Origin: Phycisphaerae bacterium
Lineage (GTDB): Bacteria > Planctomycetota > Phycisphaerae > SM23-33
DNA length: 64,000 nt
Direction: 5' to 3'
NCBI GenBank assembly: GCA_021108335.1
Contig: JAIORC010000188.1
Span: 10,240 to 74,239, forward strand
Under the pieces are notes generated by a model. It did not search any database. It was not told the DNA's origin and worked only from the letters and a program-made list of their open reading frames with translations. Each line of letters begins with the position of its first letter. Within the stretch, counting starts at the first letter, position 1. Below are positions 61,313 through 64,000 of the stretch, piece after piece. The translations under genes were made by a program, and so were the position numbers.

Positions 61313-63994
61313 TTAATGGAGTCTGCCGACGAGGTTGCGGTAGTCGATTTTTCCCGTGCCGAGCAGCGGCAGTTCGTCGATGGCGATTACGCGGCGGATG
61401 TTGTGCAGGCCGCTCATGCCGGCGGCGCGGATTGCCTGGTTTGCGGCGGCGCGATCAATCGGCCCGACGGCGAACATCACGACCTCAGGCCGTTCTTCGT
61501 CCGGCGTCGCCACCACCGCCAGGGGCGGCCTGTCGTCATCCTCCCGGTGAAATCGCTCCGCCAGGACAGCCTCGATCGCCGGAAGCGAAATCATCTCGCC
61601 GCCGAGCTTGACGAACCGTTTGAGCCGGCCGCTGAATGTCAACACGCCCTCGGCGTCCTGCCTCATAAGGTCGCCGGTGCAATACCAGCTCCGCCCGTCG
61701 AGCTCCACGAACGGCGACGGCCCGTCGTAATCCAGATATCCGCCAAATACGCTAGGCCCGCGAACCAGCAACATGCCCTCGCCGCCAGGTTCGACCCGCC
61801 CCCGCAATTCGGGATCCACCAGCACATACTCCAGCGAACCCATCACCCTGCCGATGGTGCTGGCGTGAGCGTCGGATTCGTGGTTGACGGAGATCATCGG
61901 CGAGCATTCGGTTACGCCGTATCCTTCCAGTACGGTGGTCTGCGGGCACTGCCGGGCCAGTGTGTCGTAGAGGCGAGCGGGGCATTTTTCTCCGCCGCTG
62001 ACCACCAGCCGCAATGACTCAAGCTGCCGCGACTCCGACGCCCGCAGTATGCCGCTGAGGAACGTCGGCGTGCCGCCCAGAATCGTCGCCTTGTACAGAT
62101 CGATCATCCGCCCCACCACCATGCCGTCGGTGGGATTTGGGTGATGCACCACGCGGACGCCCAGCACCAGCGGCAGCAGCGTTGTTACGGTCAGGCCGAA
62201 CGAATGGAATGGCGGCAGGATGCCCAATATGCTGTCGTGGCGGCTTACGGTGAAGCAGTCGTAGGCGTCGCGGATATTCGCCAGAATGTTCCGGTGGCTC
62301 AGCGGTACTGCCTTGGGCGTACTCTCCGACCCGCTGGTGAACAGAATGACTGCTGTCTTTGTTGCGCGAGACGCCGCAGCCCGCAAACTCCCCCAGCCTA
62401 GCCGGTAAAATCGCGATTTGACGAACGCCTGCAGCTTTTCCAGCCGTCCGAGATTTGCGACGATGTCCTCGATATAAACGAACCGCTCCGCCAGCCCGCC
62501 CAGATCGACCCCTTGGGCAGTCAGTCGCGTAACCAGCGCCCTGGCGGTGAGAATCCGCTGCGTACCACTGGACTTGAGGCAGTGCTCCAGGTTCCGCGGG
62601 CCTAGCGTCCAGTTGATCATCGCGGGGGTCTTGCCGGCGAATTGTGTCGCCAGAAACAAAACATCCGCCGCCACCGATGCCGGCATCATAATGCCCACGA
62701 CCTCGCCGGCCAGCGCCCGGATGTGCCGCCGGAGAATCATAATGCTCGTTACCATGTCGCGATATGTTTTGACCCCGCCGGCTTGGTCGGCGGCGATTAC
62801 CTCGCCGGGCCGGCGACCGGCCTGATACAAAAATGCCTCCGGGATATTCATATCCTCCAGCCCCGGCGGACACGGCAGAGTGGCACAATCCTTTGAGAGC
62901 CGTGTGTTTTTCACTGCGCTGGGTGGCATGGCTTGCTTGCAAGCCATGTGTTTCCCCGTATGGCTAAACCACTTTGGCGATACCGGCTTGAGGTTCACCG
63001 CCGCAGCCGAGATCGATTCGCCGCAGGCAGCGAGCATCACGTCGCCGACCGTCTGTATCGCTGTGATGTCGTTCTGCGTAAAGCCGAACTCCGCGCCCAG
63101 CCAGGCCAGCAGCTCCATGCCCGCCAGCGAGTCCATCCCCAAGTCATTGGCCAGCCGCGACGTATCGTCGAAGTCGGCCCGGCCGATCAACTCCGCTAGA
63201 TACTCTCGCACTTGCCGCCGCGTCGCCTGCGGGACAGCCGCGGCATCCCCGGAAATCCGTGGCGGGGTCGGTTCGGGCAGTTCCCGCGTGCCGCCGCGCT
63301 CCCAAATCGTAAGCGGCACGAAGGTGTTTTTAAGTGCGTCGGTGTTGTAGCGGGATTCGAGGTAGCGATTTATTTCCTGCCGGCTGCCCTGGCGGGGCAG
63401 GTCGTCCGGCTCGACAAGTTCGAGCGTAATCTCGCGGCGTGGTGTGAAAAAAAGTCCATTCCGTAGCAGTGCCCAAGCCCCCTGTTTCAGCACAGGCCCG
63501 ACACCTGGTTCCGTGCCGCCGGCCCAACTGAAGCGGCTGCCCCAAAGCCCGCGCGTGCGAACCAGCACTACCCGAACGTCCGGCAATTCGCGGAGAATCG
63601 TCTCCACACCGCTGCCGGCCCGCAGGTCTTCCAATCGCGTTCGCTGCAATTGCCCCGACGGATACAGCACGATATTGTCGCCGCTGCGCAACGCCTCGAC
63701 GCATTGGCCGATGACCGCCCGCACCGCATCCGACGACGTTCCGATTTCCGTCAGGTCGTCGATGGGCAGCACGCGACACCGCCGGGCCAGCGAGCGGATG
63801 AAGAAGCGGTCGATCTGGTTGCGGTCAGCCAGCGCCCGCACCTCGAAAGGCCCGAACAGCCGCGACAGGACAATCACCGGATCGATCAGGGCAGGGTGAT
63901 TCGGCAGGAACAGAATCCCCCGGCTGCCCTTTCCCAGCACCTCAGCCAGCCCGCGGACGCGAATGCGATATCGCAGCCATAGCGCGAATTTCAC
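61313..63994 (-). CDS. Tri-domain Aas-like protein: PlsC-type lysophospholipid acyltransferase - acyl carrier protein - acyl-AMP/acyl-ACP synthetase
   Basis: N-terminal LPLAT motif LPNHPALIDP (HxxxxD); mid ACP motif LGMDSLAGMELLAWL (DSL phosphopantetheine site); C-terminal AMP-binding ILFTSGSESTPKAV, GYGVTE and GDL...GR..R. The N-terminus abuts the window end. Confidence 0.8.
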   Translation of the reverse strand: MKFALWLRYRIRVRGLAEVLGKGSRGILFLPNHPALIDPVIVLSRLFGPFEVRALADRNQIDRFFIRSLARRCRVLPIDDLTEIGTSSDAVRAVIGQCVEALRSGDNIVLYPSGQLQRTRLEDLRAGSGVETILRELPDVRVVLVRTRGLWGSRFSWAGGTEPGVGPVLKQGAWALLRNGLFFTPRREITLELVEPDDLPRQGSRQEINRYLESRYNTDALKNTFVPLTIWERGGTRELPEPTPPRISGDAAAVPQATRRQVREYLAELIGRADFDDTSRLANDLGMDSLAGMELLAWLGAEFGFTQNDITAIQTVGDVMLAACGESISAAAVNLKPVSPKWFSHTGKHMACKQAMPPSAVKNTRLSKDCATLPCPPGLEDMNIPEAFLYQAGRRPGEVIAADQAGGVKTYRDMVTSIMILRRHIRALAGEVVGIMMPASVAADVLFLATQFAGKTPAMINWTLGPRNLEHCLKSSGTQRILTARALVTRLTAQGVDLGGLAERFVYIEDIVANLGRLEKLQAFVKSRFYRLGWGSLRAAASRATKTAVILFTSGSESTPKAVPLSHRNILANIRDAYDCFTVSRHDSILGILPPFHSFGLTVTTLLPLVLGVRVVHHPNPTDGMVVGRMIDLYKATILGGTPTFLSGILRASESRQLESLRLVVSGGEKCPARLYDTLARQCPQTTVLEGYGVTECSPMISVNHESDAHASTIGRVMGSLEYVLVDPELRGRVEPGGEGMLLVRGPSVFGGYLDYDGPSPFVELDGRSWYCTGDLMRQDAEGVLTFSGRLKRFVKLGGEMISLPAIEAVLAERFHREDDDRPPLAVVATPDEERPEVVMFAVGPIDRAAANQAIRAAGMSGLHNIRRVIAIDELPLLGTGKIDYRNLVGRLH
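62921..62950. repeat. REP-like palindrome embedded in frame inside the Aas-like CDS (ACP/ligase interdomain linker)
   Basis: gggtggcatggcttgcttgcaagccatgtg is a perfect palindrome, translated on the minus strand as ...GKHMACKQAMPP... The same peptide string appears in the artefactual ORF over the 4201 copy. Confidence 0.6.
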
Positions 63995-64000
63995 GAATGC

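Noticed and set aside
1-64000. tRNA, rRNA, tmRNA, transposase and integrase genes
   Set aside because: No cloverleaf-like conserved segments (GTTCGAATC T-loop, etc.) and no DDE or tyrosine-recombinase motifs were seen by eye. A dedicated tRNAscan or cmscan run would be needed to be certain.

Overview
High-GC (~57%) chromosomal window. DUF1559 prepilin-like proteins, several PEP-CTERM sorting signals and very large secreted glycan-active proteins suggest a Planctomycetota/PVC-type genome; this assignment is inferred from protein families only.

Layout from 5' to 3':
- 1-4.1 kb: oppBCDF-like oligopeptide ABC transporter operon, 5'-truncated at the window edge.
- 4.1-4.65 kb: repeat-rich non-coding gap holding a REP-like palindrome, a MITE-like element with perfect 29-bp terminal inverted repeats, and a near-consensus promoter plus palindromic operator candidates.
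- 4.7-9.7 kb: LacI-family regulator, a LamG-like PEP-CTERM protein, a DUF1559 protein and a heparinase II/III-like enzyme.
- 9.7-12.8 kb: minus-strand housekeeping block of pyruvate kinase, cold-shock protein and MnmA.
- 12.8-13.2 kb: dense cluster of REP-like palindromes of the form GGGTGGCATGG-hairpin-CCATG. Copies also occur at 4.2, 41.1, 59.9 and 62.9 kb.
- 13.3-14.6 kb: a Zn-ribbon-YqaA/DedA-like membrane protein and an AMMECR1-family protein.
- 14.7-21 kb: two tandem paralogous small secretin-like outer-membrane proteins (N0/N1 plus a compact secretin-like C-domain; one lipidated) followed by a 1104-aa VIT-vWA-DUF2135-like secreted protein.
- 21-24.9 kb: minus-strand sugar ABC importer (SBP, MalF-like, MalG-like). 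The MalF-like permease carries an internal ~65-aa tandem duplication.
- 25-59 kb: a large glycan-degradation island containing an esterase, a GH31 enzyme, a CBM4_9-like protein, a GH2 enzyme with a C-terminal CBM9-like module, a CBM9-like-TIM-barrel-like protein, two cytoplasmic beta-propeller paralogs and, most strikingly, seven giant (850-1020 aa) paralogous secreted proteins. Five of these have an N-terminal CBM9/DOMON-like module and two have a ConA/LamG-like module. All share an unassigned central domain, a GH42-middle-domain-like (class I glutamine-amidotransferase-like) domain and a C-terminal beta-sandwich. Recombination scars (a duplicated junction cassette and a 70-nt gene relic) show the array is actively shuffling.
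- 59-64 kb: a PEP-CTERM zinc metalloprotease and a tri-domain Aas-like PlsC-ACP-acyl-AMP ligase fusion. The latter carries a REP-like palindrome translated in frame in an interdomain linker.

No rRNA, tRNA, CRISPR, transposase or integrase was recognised.
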